A stretch of DNA of 64,000 nucleotides from Yuukianura sp. NJ FZ-2021 (GCA_046563655.1 CM102284.1:4960001-5024000); one strand, 5' to 3'; positions 1-13,756 are shown, counted from the stretch's first letter. Notes: generated from the letters alone by a model not told the origin. Numbers and translations: made by a program.

Positions 1-25
1 TGTTTAAATTTCGATTAATTTCAGA

Positions 26-778
26 TTCGAATCCATGGAGGAATTCCTTGAAGAAATTGAAGATGACGGTGACATAACTCCGACAAATGACACAAAACGC
101 TTTCCGGAGGATCCTAGTGACCTAATTGTTCCAATGCGCATGACACACAGTGCTCTGGATCAACGCATGACCCCTCATCAAAATCAGAACAAACGAACTG
201 ACTTTGTTACCTCATGGCTATCCAGTTGCAAATTGCATGAAGACGGAGATGATGAAGATGCTAAAGAAGATCATTACCACAGTGACGATATGGCCAAGAC
301 CATACTGCATGGCAATGAAAGTGACAACGTTGTTATCCAATCGTCACACTTTCAGCCGTCTAGAAGACGAAATGTAGAGTTGTCAATACCAGCATTACAA
401 CAACGCTTGCCCGAATCCGATCCATTTTTCAAACAGGAATGCAGGACTCCATCTTTCCGACTTTCGTCATGTTCATCATCTTCTCGTCTTCCAAGAACTA
501 CTGGGTCATTGGATACGACAGCACATGGGAATACCCCGTGTCTTGCTAAAGAAGATGCAAAAGCCCGATCGCTTGGGTCAACAGGACGAGCATGTGAAGA
601 GGATTGTTCCAGGATACTAAACGTGATTGATGAAATGCCTCTGGACAGTACTAACACTACCAAGCGAAAAACTGGTCCTGTAGCATTTCATGTACCACGT
701 GAGGACAAGGTACTTGGTCGTCAAAATTCCGGAAAACCATTTATGTTGTGGTTATTCGACCGTGATTCGCCAACTTAA
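26..778 (+). CDS. Terminal exon of an unidentified gene (acidic, Ser-rich, low complexity); upstream exons lie outside the window
   Basis: Acceptor-like tttcag ends at 25; 247-codon open frame to TAA at 776-778; no recognisable domain. Confidence 0.6.
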   Translation, partial: FESMEEFLEEIEDDGDITPTNDTKRFPEDPSDLIVPMRMTHSALDQRMTPHQNQNKRTDFVTSWLSSCKLHEDGDDEDAKEDHYHSDDMAKTILHGNESDNVVIQSSHFQPSRRRNVELSIPALQQRLPESDPFFKQECRTPSFRLSSCSSSSRLPRTTGSLDTTAHGNTPCLAKEDAKARSLGSTGRACEEDCSRILNVIDEMPLDSTNTTKRKTGPVAFHVPREDKVLGRQNSGKPFMLWLFDRDSPT

Positions 779-982
779 GTTTAGGTAGTTAAATGTTAGA
801 GCAGTCATTTACGCGTGACGAGAGCTTTACGATGATATAACAACAATTAAAAATGCGACAACTAACAAAAATGAGACATTGCATAAAAATCAAACTACTG
901 CGTAAAAAAATTGCACTAAATAGCTAGACGATAAACAAAGGTAAAGTCATTGGTTAAGTCCAAGGGAAAGTTGGCGCTTGAT

Positions 983-1318
983 CCATGGGCATACTCCGAA
1001 ACCTCTAGTCTATGTATTTCGGGGACACCCCCCTCGAGCGGTGGTCCGAGGGACACCCCCCGGCTCTCAGGGGTGTCCGGACGCTCTCGAAGTGGCCTAA
1101 AATCTAAAAATCGGCTACTTTTCTAATGTATTTAGAGGCTTTTCACCAATTTTGAGCACCAAAAACTCAAAATTTCGTCGCGCCTACGGCGCGAGTATTG
1201 TTTCCAAGCCATTTTTGTGCTTTAACACGAAAATCGGTACCTCACGGGACACCCCCCACCCTGATTTGGCGTCGGGACACCCCCCTCGGAAACTCGAGGT
1301 TTCGGAGTATGTCCATGG
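983..1318. mobile_element. MITE (~336 bp), superfamily unassigned
   Basis: 27-bp TIRs with 2 mismatches (ccatgggcatactccgaaacctctagt / actcgaggtttcggagtatgtccatgg); repeated internal gggacacccccc motifs; no TSD found. Confidence 0.8.
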
Positions 1319-2094
1319 GAAAGTCAGCACTTCGTTCAAGCGAGTACAACACTTCATCTTTTTGTTTAAAAAAGGAAAAACAATTCAAGTATTTTCAGCA
1401 TCTTCTGCCTCGATTAATCCCGAATTTGCAATTTTTTGATTTATGCATTATGAAAGAAACGTTGGGTAAACTTATACCCTGACTCGGCGAAAAGAGAGTG
1501 ACAGTGACAGTGTTAACGACTGTTTGGCGGTCATTGACCTCCAGAATTCCATAAATGCCTAACCTGCCCTAGAAACAGTTAACTTTTAAATATCTAAATT
1601 CACACGGTAGTTAAATTCCTAAACGAAAAGTTAAGTTAACTACGGGACTTGTTACGACAAGAAGAACTTTTGGCCTTTATAAAATCTTGAGCCGTTTTAG
1701 ATTCCTCTTTAGAGATAACATATTGACCTACTTACTGCCTATCTTCCACGAATGACCTCTTATCGTTTGTTACGAATTTCTTCACATTAATAGTAATTCG
1801 ATTAAGATTACCTCCGAGTTAAAACTGTTGCTTTTCAAATTACAAATGTCACTAGCTCTACAATGCCCGGACCACCAACAGCGGCCCGCCCAAAATCAGG
1901 TTCAGCTGATTGTCTCTATGTTTGTCAGCCGTTTACACACCATGTCCCGTTATACGATTACGATTTGTTTATGATTACTTTAGGCAAATTAGCACCTAAA
2001 TGATGTTTGTTTACTTTACATAAAGCATAAATTTTACAGCTACTAACTACTCCACTACTAACTACTAAAATGTCAAGAAAAATCGTTTGCTTAC

Positions 2095-2254
2095 CGAAGA
2101 GTTCAGCCAGGTTGGGTTCAGCAGTTAGTGGATGAGGAATTTGACTGTTAGTAGTTCCAGCACTGGCACTTCCACCTGATGATGATGTCTTCTTACCGCC
2201 ACTACCACCTCCACCACCACCGGCAGTGTCAGTACTACCAGACTTCCTGTCCAT
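2095..2254 (-). CDS. Probable first coding exon of a minus-strand gene (Gly/Ser-rich N-terminus MDRKSGSTDTAGGGG...)
   Basis: ATG at 2254, coding-like composition, strong donor G|GTAAGC at 2095/2094; downstream exons not identified. Confidence 0.55.
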
Positions 2255-4701
2255 CCTGGACAACGTTCCAGTTGACGATTGATTCTTATTTTGACTTCAA
2301 TTGACTTCCAAGGGTGTGTAAAGTGTGTAAGATGGAGTCTTTTCGGAAGTAAAGAACCCTGCTGCTGGTCTTCTTTGCAGACATTTGTTACGGAGCAAAG
2401 CAAAGCTTAGTTTTTTGGATTGGATATACTCAAGTGAGCCACGAAAAGGAGAGGAAGTGTCTCTCGGTAAGCTTAGTACACTTTGGACGAGAGAGACGAC
2501 TATAATGGATTGTACCTTCTTGGAAATGTACTTAAGTGGAACTCATTCCCTTTCGTTTCTTGAGTCTTCCGTCCTCTTTTTTGTATAAAAAGCACCAGCA
2601 GAAGACACCAAGATCATTACATTACAACAAAACACGACTCCAACTATCTATCCTCCGACAACGGACATATTCACACACACTCACACCGCGCACTAATCGT
2701 AACCAACTCAACGAATAACACACAATTTTGGGGGGTTCCTCTTTGTGCTTGTTCCTGATGTATCCGTAGCAAACGGTGGTAAGATCAGAGCATTCTATTG
2801 CAAAACCTATTTGAACTTTTCTCCCCTGTTTCTATGCCTCTTGTCAAATGAGAGATTGGAGACAAGAAAATAAAAGTATTTCAGGCGGATAAAGGTTTCT
2901 CTCCCATAGGATGCTTTGGACGATGATGCCAAAAACTCCTGGCTTATTGATCCATCTTTAGCTATGTACACACTACTGAGGACGGACGGACAAACAAAAA
3001 ACGGAACCATAATAAGCAGTTTGTGTGTCTCCTTTTCGGTGGTTTGGTTTTTGGATTTGGAAGTAATGGAAGAAAGCCATTGCCAGATCTTTGTCGAATC
3101 CGCCAGAGAGCGATGATCCAGAATCGGCGAACGGTGGTGATGAAGTTTTGAAGGAAGCGTCATAGCGTCAATGTCCTAAAAAATGAATGTAAAAGTCCAA
3201 AGATCATCACATCTTCGCATCTTTCTCTTTAAACGTTCCAAAGTACTACTAATCAGCAACATTCAAGTTAAGGAATTCTGCTGCAAATAAATGCCTTGGT
3301 TCCTTTCGCCACGATGCAAAAAGATTTTAAAAACTGCAGCTTCGAAAAAGTTGTAATTGCTTATTTACATGTCAAATGAGTTCAAAAGTGAATGTTTGAC
3401 TTTTATGCGCCTTTGACTTCAAAACACGAGTTTTCGACACTTTTTGGTAAAGATTTGATTAACTTGCAAAACAGAACAGTGTGAAAAAGATGGAAGAATA
3501 ATGAAATCCCGTAGTTTCAAATTGAAATTGACCCATTTTTGTCACATTACTCTCAAAGGTCAATGAACTTTGTCTCACTTCTGTATGTTCTAAAAACTAA
3601 AACAACTCCAATAGTAGCGGGATTCCTATTTTAGTTGAGTGGAACTTTAAAAAAGTGGATCTTGATATCAAGGTCAAGGTCAACAGGCCAGACCCATGCA
3701 TCTACTTTGTTAGTAGTAATTTTCAAACTAAAATTTAACGATGTATGAACTATCACTATTGAATGGAAATCGAATTCTCAGATTAAAGATTTACGAAAAG
3801 GGATTTTCAGCTTATCATATGCAAAAACAAATTTTTTTGGAAAAGACATAACTTAATGCAAACGATCCAGGAATAAAATGACTAGAAAAAATATCGCAAA
3901 TTGCTGTGACCTTGTGACCTTTGATGAGTAAGTGCAATGCATGAGACGATTTGTCAGCAAAAAGCAAAAGCATAGCCGATAAGGGTCATAAAAACTTCAA
4001 CGAACGAAGACGAAAACGCCGCTACCAACAAAGTGAAAATAAAACAAACAATAGGGAACATCAAGTACGACTTTTTCACGTCACGTCCACTTTTTATATT
4101 CTTTTTCTTGGTAGTTTCAATTTCAAAAATTCCAGGGTTGGACTAAAATATCCATTGTCTCTTTGAAGGTCATCACTGTTGGGCAAAAGTGAAAAATAAT
4201 GTTAACAAAATTTTCATTTCTGATGGCATTGTAATTAGTTTAATTAAACAAAAAGATATCACTTCATACTAAAAAATGATTACATCGTCAAATAATTTAC
4301 AAGTGAGTAAGCACGTTTTTTTGTGTTGGTTTTATTATAAAAATTAGTCAGGATTTAATTTTATTACTTAAAACAATAATTATTATTGCTGTTGTTTTTT
4401 ATACAATTGAAAATTGTACAATAAATCCGTAGAACTTAAAAAATCTAGAAACAGCAACCTGTTCTATTCAGTGCTTTGTTGCTACCTGTCAGTGTGTCAA
4501 GTTTGTTTCATAAAGTCAAAGGTCACACTTTCAAATATCAACAATGATTTGTGTAGAAATTTGAAATTTTACAAGCAATTTGCCCATACTGTCAATAGTG
4601 GTGAAATGTAAAACGTAAGGTGTGTGAGTAACTTTTAAGTTTTCTTGCTTGGTTATTTTCCCCATCCTTTCCACTCCCAGTCACTCACAGTCGTACTCTC
4701 C

Positions 4702-5423
4702 TCGTATTTTCTCGCCTATAAGCCGCTCTCGCGTATAAGCCGCAGTCTCAAAACCGTATATGCATGTGAGAGCAGGAAAAACAGGGGTATTAAACAAAAA
4801 GATTTTTGCTCATCAGCGCTTTAAATTTTGTTTTTAAAATACAACCAAGGAGTTCCATAATTTCTACTCGTTTTTCAATTTAAAACTTTAATTTTAAATT
4901 ACTTTTAATTTTCAATTTAAAATGTAATTTATAAATTTTAACAGTTTAAACCGAAGAACCTCGGCATTTTTCAAAAAACCGAAAACAGAAGAGAAGGTTC
5001 TCATTTAGGCAAAACTCCGGTTTAAGCTATAGGAAAAAGTCCATTTTACTTCATTTTATTTCATGCTATTGGTCAAGGTCGGCTTCTTTATGTGCCGGAA
5101 AGTTTCATTTAGTCTAAAATAAATTTAAATTCAATTAAATGAATTAAATAAATTTGAAAAGACTTAAACAAAGTTAAATTCATCTTAAACCTTTCATCTT
5201 CTGCGTTCATTTAAGGTTTATTTATGTCGGGTGATCTGCTCGACGAATCTAATGAGCGAGCAATAGATTAATGTTTAGTTTAGTCTTAGAAAGGGCCTCA
5301 AAACATAGTTTTATGCATTATTAACAATGGTTTTTGACGAATTTCGGGGGAAAAAATTTCTCCTCATTCCAAATTTTCTGAAAATTCACAGATAAGCCGC
5401 GGCTTATCTGCGAGAAAATACGG
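4702..5423. mobile_element. Non-autonomous Tc1/mariner-superfamily (Tc2/pogo-like) element
   Basis: Ends cgtattttctcgcctataagccgc ... gcggcttatctgcgagaaaatacgg followed by TA. CCGTA-type termini are typical of Tc2-group elements. AT-rich non-coding interior; left TA degenerate. Confidence 0.75.
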
Positions 5424-6075
5424 TATAACTGTAATTGCATTTGTTTCTTGGAATCCCCTTCCTGTATCCAATATAATTCAACGCTCCGTGCCCGATATAA
5501 ATCCACGCTCCGTTATCAATCCCGTGTATGTGTTGTGGACGTGGATTCAACAACCGATCTACGAACGAAGTTTAGTTCATACTCCACTTTTTACCTTTCA
5601 AAAAAATAGGGTTAGTGCTGATTTCTTTTAGTACATATTCACTTGTTTATCTGAAATCAGGAGGAGGCGGTTGATGTTTTTGGAAGAAGTTGGTAAATTT
5701 CCTAATTCCGAAGAATTTGGCTGACCGCAACAGCATGAACGATTACGTAAGTAGTTCTTAAGAAGGTCACAAAAACATATGTGATTCGACTCTTTTACTA
5801 CGGAACGGATACCCGAAGCGCAGGGCAGAAACAGAGACAGAACGAACATACATTTTACGAACGTTTTTTGTTTCAGTTTGGGTTTTGGAAAGTTGCATGT
5901 TTTTTAAGGTTAACTTGTAAACTAGTGAAGAATTTTGGGACGAACTATTAAGTAAACTAGTGTCGTAACAGTATTAATTGTTTTGGTTTTTTTTTTTTTG
6001 AAGGTTTGAGACCTATCGTTGATATCTGGATTCTGGAACGCGAATTACCTTCATAAAAGTCGTTTGGAATCACAA

Positions 6076-8521
6076 ATGAAACTCCGTCAAATGGAATCCA
6101 TACCGCATCCTCTTTTACTTCCTGGAGTAAGTGTTAATTAGTGTCTAATTAGGCGTTCTGTGAGTTTCTCTAATTCTACGTAGCTAAGTTAATCAATTCT
6201 ACAATTAGTCAATGTGTAGAAACTGAAAAGCCAGTGGGCGGATTCGTTTTCTAAGTACGCATGTGTAGAAGCGATGAGTCATCGATATTTGAGCTCTACA
6301 TGGACCGAGTAGAGTAACCCGAGGCGGAGACAAGTTAGATTGTCTGCTTTGCTATCGCTATGGCCATGGCCGGATAAGGACAATAACTACCAATTTATGA
6401 TTCATTTCGTTTTTAGAGCACAGCAAGAGTTTCATACTCGCTTTTTGGTAACTTTAACTGTTTCTATTAAACACTTTCAGATTATTGAAGACGTGTTCGA
6501 ACGTCTCTCTACTGCCCAAGTTAAACTATGCCGAAGCGTGTGCAAAACGTGGAACGTCGAAGGTTCGACCATCCTCCGAAAACGGAAATGTGTGGTCTAT
6601 CTTGTCAACAGTGCAAGGCTCAAAAGCTTTATTCAAAACAAAGACCAAAAAGGAAACATCAGTGTCAAAATCGGAAGTGATTTTGGAAAGAAACACCCGA
6701 TAATTCACACCTTCTTCAAGAAATTTGGGAAGTCCATTGTGTCACTGGAGCTGTGCCATCCGTCATGGACGAGTTTTGTATCACTACGAAAGTTTTTGGC
6801 ACAAACTGTGCCTAATATTGAAAGCCTTTGTCTCCACCTCGTTCCTCCAGAAAATGGCTACGGTCATATTCCAACCTGGAATAGTGATAATCCGGCACAC
6901 GAGTTATACACTATGAAAAAGTTGACGAAGTTAAGTTTTTCAATCGAATATTCCAACTACTGGACATTCGCGGAGCAAGAAAGCATGAAGCCTTTTCTTC
7001 GACATCTTCTGTCAGGCATGCCCAATCTGGAAACGATTTCTTGTCCAAAGTACCCGGAGAACTTCATTGAGACTTTTCAATACGAAGTTCAAATCTTGTT
7101 TCGAGAGTCACCGAACCTTCGCCCGTTGATTTCTCTGCTGATGGAACCGAAGGGCCCCAAACTTACAAAGCTCAAGCATCTCGACATGCCATTGAAACAC
7201 TGGACGAACATCAATCAATTGCAGGAAAGGAATTATCCATTGGAGAGACTTGATTGGTTCATTGGACTAGACGTGACTGGACAAGAAATTCATAACTTCT
7301 TGACTCAAGTGTCCAAGACTATGAAGTTCCTGTCAATGGATTTTACTACAGCAGGAAAATTTCTACGGGACGTCAATTATGAACCATGCAATAGCTTCCA
7401 GTGTCTCCAAAATTTCGATCGCCTTGAGTCCTTGAGTTTGAGATCATTCAAAGGATCTCTCAAAATCATCTTGGGAATTCCATCTCTCAAGAATCTCACG
7501 CTGACGAAGGCTAGGAATCTGGACGTTGCATTTGACGAAACCAACTTTCCAAACACCGTCAAATACGATTCAATCGTATCCCTTGTAATTGACCAACACA
7601 ATCCAAAGGACGCTGTGGATGAAAATACGCTCGACAAAATTGGCCAAATATTTCCCAATCTTGTGAAATTCGAGATCAGGTTCTTGTCAGATGAAGCATT
7701 GAGAGGTGTTTTTAAAAGTTTCCCAAAATTAGAGGAACTCGTAGCCATGGACGGGATTTTTCATGACGAAGGAGTAACTGGAATTTGTCCACAGAAAATG
7801 GAAGCAGCTCGTCGCAATAAACTTGAAGTCCCAATAAAACAACTGGGCCAATTCAGAAAGCACCCGTACATTGCCGATCTAAAAAGTAATTGGCTAATTT
7901 AGCATTAAGTTTTGGATTAATTTGAGACAGGAAGTACTAAAAAACTAAACTTTTCCCTTTTCATATTTTTTTCCCACAGATTTAAAGAAGCTGTCCTTGG
8001 GTTCGAAACATCTAACTGGAAATTCGGCTTACTTTGGTATCGTTGATTGCCACAACCTTACCAGCTTAACTCTCATGGGTTACGGCGTATGTAAAACACA
8101 TTTAAAAAAAATTTTTTATCTCGGGTTGTTGTGTTTTCAAAAAGTAATTCGAAATTTTTTTTTCTAGTTTTCGAGCCAGAGTTTGTGTGCAATCGGTGAC
8201 AAGTTGAACTTGTCGTTCTTCAAGACAATCTTCTGCGGGAAGTTACTAATGGAGGGTTACGAGCACATTCAGAAGCGTATGCCTTACACAGAGCTACAAC
8301 TAAATCGACTTCAACCACCACTCAATGGCCTGGATATCTATCGGTTAGGCCTATTTCAAAGTGGGACAGCTCCAGTCAGAAAACGATCATCAGTCTCATT
8401 GGTGTCACCGTCATCAGCATCAGCATCATCTTCATCCGCGCCACCTTCATCAACTGCTGCCCCTCTGCCAACTGAAGAAGTTGTGCCGAAGCGTCGCAGA
8501 AGATCTTGTCGTAAGAAGTGA
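6076..8521 (+). CDS. F-box / leucine-rich-repeat protein (4 coding exons: ~6076-6126, 6481-7885, 7980-8086, 8168-8521)
   Basis: Spliced F-box HPLLLPG|IIEDVFERLSTAQVKLCRSVCKTW followed by LxxLxL repeats (PNIESLCL, PNLETI, PKLEEL); GT-AG boundaries. Confidence 0.85.
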
Positions 8522-10308
8522 GTTGCTTAGTTTAAGTTCAACATTTTGTTGATAACATTGAAGTTTTAATACCGAGTACGTTGGTTGTGAAGCGTCCGGG
8601 GTAAAACATTGATTTCCGTTCAGAAAGCTTATAACTTTTACTTTATCCTGTTCTATTTTTTTTCCAAATTGATACTCTAGTGTATACTTAAACCTATCAA
8701 GTTAGTACTGTCCAGTCCGCCGTAGTTAAGTGACCTTTCGTGACCTCACAAGTTATGACTTCTTGAGTTAGTTTTTTACAACAGGAGGAACTACGGGGCT
8801 AACTGTTTGTAATATTATACCCACATGACGAATTAGTTTCAAAAATAACTTCTTTTGATGCATGTTACTTCTATCGAGTTTATCGAGAATCTTTACTCGG
8901 TATTTAGAGAAATGTAATTAATATCTAGAACTGCTAAATATGAATTGCTACTATACTATTATATCCCCATAGAATATGATTTTAATTACTGTTACAAGGC
9001 ATGTTTGCCTCTCATTTCTCTTTGCAATTGATTGGTTCTTTTTTGAGCATCAGTGTGCTTTGCATTATCACAATTTTTGAGTTATAAATCCTTAAGTTAG
9101 TTAAGTACTAGCACACAGTTAATCAATAAATGTTCCTCGTTTACTAAACCATTCCGAATATTTTTATCAGTATTAGGGGATGCAGGAAATGTTTACCGGA
9201 ATTAGAAATTAGTATGGGATGTTTATGGCGATTTGGGTTATAATGTGAAAGGTGGAAATCATTAACTTTAAAACTTGAAATTCATATGAAAAGTGTGAAA
9301 AGTAATATTAAGTTTGTTTAGTGCGAAAACACACAACAAATGGCGGAAATCATTCGGAAATTCATCTGCCCATACATTTACTAATTGTAGGAGAGATGAA
9401 AGAGGGGGAGAGGCTATGCAAGCGCAAGCCGGAATACTACTATAGTATGACTTACAGTATGCTAAAATAGGTCAATTATTAGTCAACTATGTACTTTAGG
9501 GGATGCTAAGAGGATCTGACCTTTGACCTTGAAAGAATAACATGGAGGGAACAAAAAATAGGTGGGATTTTCGCAATAATCTTTCCCCTGGGACTCCTCC
9601 TTATATCTCCTGTAGTACTTGCTGTTGTTTTTTTTTGCACACCCCCTACACTGTCCCGCTCATTGGTAGGTGACCGTAAGCATACCTTAGTCTCATCCAC
9701 ACCTCCACCTCCCCTCGTTTCTGTATTGTCTATATGCATCAAACCACCTTCCACAACCATATCTCATCGGCAATCGAAGGAAGAATGGAATAGGAATAGC
9801 CAGCAGAAGACCACCCCGCCCCGTCAACTGATTCGTGTGGCTCCGAACAGGCACTCGGACTGACAGAAAGTGGTGGAGTGAAGTGGGCCACTTTACATTT
9901 GGCATGGTAAGTAATAAACACCTTGCTCACCCCCGTATTCATTGTCCCCTCCCAATCATCATCAAGATCAACTTTCTGCTAATTCAGTGATCTGAGAGCC
10001 GAGGAGAGAGATCCACATCCAACATAACATTACAGCCACCATATTTCTTTTTCTTGGACAGTCCGAAACAGAATTCACTTTTCACTCCAGTTACCAAAAC
10101 CTGCCTGAAAGGTAAGAGAAAACAACTAATCGGTCAATTCACATATTCCAGACGAAATTACTGGTTTGTCCCTTCTCATACTACATAAGTAAACCTGTCT
10201 CCGTCTGTACTCGGAAGCAGTTGTCAATAATAATAATTGTTTCTAATCAGCCATCCGTTTACAGAACACTGTCTACTGTGCATACGTTAGGAGTCGAGAT
10301 TGTCAAAT

Positions 10309-12602
10309 ATGGAGGATTCCGGAAACTGCAATGTGGATAATACTATGGTGGACCTCGACTTGGGACTCGGCCACGGCCCGTATGGACTTCCAGTCGGATT
10401 CGAAGATGGTAATGAGAATGAAAGTTTATTTTTGAACACACAGTAATGGGTTGGGTTTGAAATTTGGGAATTATGTCACGGGAAGTGGCTTAAGTGAAGA
10501 ACAAACATTAATTGGTATTTTTTTCCAACTTAGATTTTGGCGACATCTGGAAGTTGAATCCAATGGATTCCGAACTCGGTTCGGACGAACTTTCGTATCC
10601 TCTCAATGACAACTTCGCGTCGAATGTCATGACGAACTCTGACTTTAAGCCTGAAGTAGACGTATACATGGGCGAGGAAAACCAGGAGCTCGATGCAGTT
10701 GCTACGACCCAAAACAGTTACGAGGAAGCCAATACGCAGGTCCAGGTTGTCAGCTTGGCTGACTTTCTCGTTTCCGAGGAAATGATTTTGACAGCTTATG
10801 TCGATGGAATGGGAAATGGCCGCTCTCAGCCAGTTCATGCTTCAAATCAGATCGTTCAACCTCCAGCCGTGGGGACAACATCTTCACGTCGTAAAGATGC
10901 TATCCGCGCACGTAACATCCATGAGGAACTTCCTGCAGCACCGCAGCCCGAACCCGCCACTGGAGTCTTTGGACATCACGATGCTAATGCTGTCGAGGAA
11001 GTGACAGTTGTGAAGAAGCCATTGAAACGACTCACGAAACGCCCTCTCAAACCCAAACTCCATGAGCGCGACCCTGCAGTGTTCCCGGAAGCCAAGGGCG
11101 CAGTTTATTCTAAACAAAATCGAGACAAAAAGGTAAGATAATTTGATCCATTCTTTTTTTGTAATATTTCCTACTAAATCGTGGGTTCGTGTGCTCAATC
11201 GTAGTAATCTTACTCTAAGTTGTTTTATTTATTACAGAAGGAGGAGCTAGCGAAAGCGAAAGAAGCTGCCATCTTAGCCGAACGGAAGGCCCAATTTTTT
11301 CAAGAACGCGCGAATGTTCGGGACGTAGTCCTTCGGTGCTCCGGGCAAGCTGATGGTAAGTTACGTTTAACTTTTAATCTTTTCCAGCATCAGCACTGTG
11401 GACCAAAAGTAAGAACAACCTCAAACTTATTCAATCACATTCAAGAAAGAAGACCTCTGCGAAGAGGCTTTAGTTCAACATTTAGTTACGTTACATCATT
11501 CAACCCTATTAAGATCCAGATTGTTTTTATATTGCTAGTTTTTATACTGTTCGCTCAGACTGTTGGCAGAAAGGCAGACTATTAGTTAAATTCAAAATTA
11601 CATTTAACTTTCCTCAATAGAAACAACAGTTATATTTAACTGATTTTCATTAGTGTGCCTTACACTACTTAAGAATCAAATATCTTAAGTCTTCAGTTTG
11701 AGCTAAGAACTTAACGGGTTAGGACGGTTTTCGGGTTTGAGTGATGTTAGTTCCTAAATTAGGTTAAGGCCTCTCATTTTACGGATCGTTAATTCTTTGC
11801 CACAGCTTAACTTGTTTCTTCAAGAAATTGGAATTGATGCTGAGCTTAGGCTGAGTTACGGCCGAACGTTTGGATTTGGATCTCATCTGCGATCTGCCAT
11901 CGAATCTTTTCGCATTGTGGACCGAAACAGTCACGATTTCCGCCCTCCCGGTCCTTTTTTTTCGTTGACTCCTTGGTCTCTATTGGCTAGCATTGGTCAA
12001 AGACTGTTTAATGATGATCGATCCTGAATCCCGTTCTCCCCGATCCTAAAAATGACAGCGGTTGGACTGAAACTTTTCGGCACTGGGTAGTTGAGTTGAT
12101 AGTTTGTTCAACGTAATGATATCAGTGCGCGTTCGTCCACTTCTGCCGTAGAGACTTCTCCCTTCCATGTGATTTTCTGTACTTAACTTTCGGTACTATG
12201 GTTATGGTCTCGCTGTTGTCCACGACGGTAGCTTATAACGTTTTAGTCTTATTTTAAATCTAATTAACACTAAATTGGTACTTGGTAATTGGTAAGAGGT
12301 ATCTTTTTTTAAATTTTTGTCCTTAAAAATCCTTAGAAATATTTTAACATTTCTTACAAGTTAGTTTTGTCAAAGTATTTCCAAGATGTTTCAAAAATCA
12401 AAACTCTAAAGTACTTTTAAGCTCCATTAACCTTTACTCCTTAACCCAATTAACTCAGAGTTCATTATAAAGTAATACTCCTTAACCTTTATTTAGTTAA
12501 TTGTGTTAGTTGTTCTAATCTGTTTGATTTTTTATTTCAGCTGTGATGGATCTTCAAAAGGAAGATGCTCGGCTCTACAAGGAGCGTTTTCCGGAAAACT
12601 AA
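10309..12602 (+). CDS. Acidic N-terminus plus C-terminal basic/coiled-coil region; degenerate bZIP-like protein (exons ~10309-10408, 10534-11132, 11238-11356, 12541-12602)
   Basis: Phase-compatible GT-AG exons; basic segment KPKLHE...AVYSKQNRDKK|KEE followed by an amphipathic helix. Family assignment is tentative. Confidence 0.6.
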
Positions 12603-13756
12603 CTCGACAGTGACTCCAGTGCAAATAGAACTTGAATTAAGGGGAGAAGAAAAAAGACTCGAAATCCAAAAGTAAGTCCAAGTTTTTCAATTAGAAATTC
12701 AATATTTTCTTAGTAAATTACTATTTTGTATCAAAAGTAATTAACTTATGCCTTTCTTTTGATTTCAGAAATTCCCTGTTAGTTAAGTGCTACTTTTCAT
12801 TTACCAGTGATTTACTCTAGTTAGCACTACTCCCTGGAATTTTCTTTACCTTCTTTTTTAATAATATCTGTTTACTTTCCACCTTCTTATAACGTTTCAA
12901 CTTATTATATTATAATAATATTACAAACACTACTATTGTTGTAATTTAAAATGAAAATGACGTATAAAAATATATTAATATAAATTATTATTGCATTGAG
13001 AAACAGCGTTTCTCTCCACGCTGTTCAAATAAATTTTGAATTTTTGAAGGAGCTGTGCTTCCTTAAGTCAATCGATTGTATTCGCGCAATACATATTCCT
13101 TTTATTTTTCATGAAATATTTAGTTAGTAAGGTCAACTAATCAAGCTAGTTTCTGACATTCAAGTTTTTATAGCTGAGCATCTTCAACGAAACGTTTTGT
13201 GTTGGGCAGTCGAAATTGAGGTCACAGTCCAAAGGTCATCGTCCATTTTCATAGGGAAACAACGTATACGTATACCGTACCACCGTACGTACGGTGATTT
13301 CGCCACCCACCCGGCTAGGAGCGGTACATCACCTTTCTACTTCTGCTGAGTCTGCTCTCTGCTGTGTTTGTGTTATGATATGACGTGACGTGACACTGTA
13401 GCAGCTGCATCATGTTAGTTAAATTACAAAAAGGTGTTATGTTTTTGCTGGTGTGCTGTTAATGGGGAAGTAAGTTAAGTTGAATCTTTGGTGATTTGTT
13501 TCCGCCATCTTTATCAGGTCAGGTCCATACGAAAAATCGTTCCCGATCAATACTACAACAAATAAGGTAAGTAACGTTCGTACGAAAAATCACTGATGAG
13601 GATGACAAATCGTCATTGACGATGGGTTTTGACGATTTATAAGAGGGAATTTTGTTAGGTTGTTTATTTCCGGTTAGTTCTGAGTTCTAAATAACACGAT
13701 CAATGTGGGTATTTCGCAAAAAGTAATAGTAACATTATTTTTTACTCTACAGTGTG

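Noticed and set aside
6340..6480. N-terminal extension of the 520-aa ORF
   Set aside because: Intronic read-through; acceptor at 6480 and the upstream exon complete the F-box.
9506..9942. Cluster of short ORFs on both strands
   Set aside because: No domain or consistent splice structure; looks like promoter/5'UTR of the gene at 10309.
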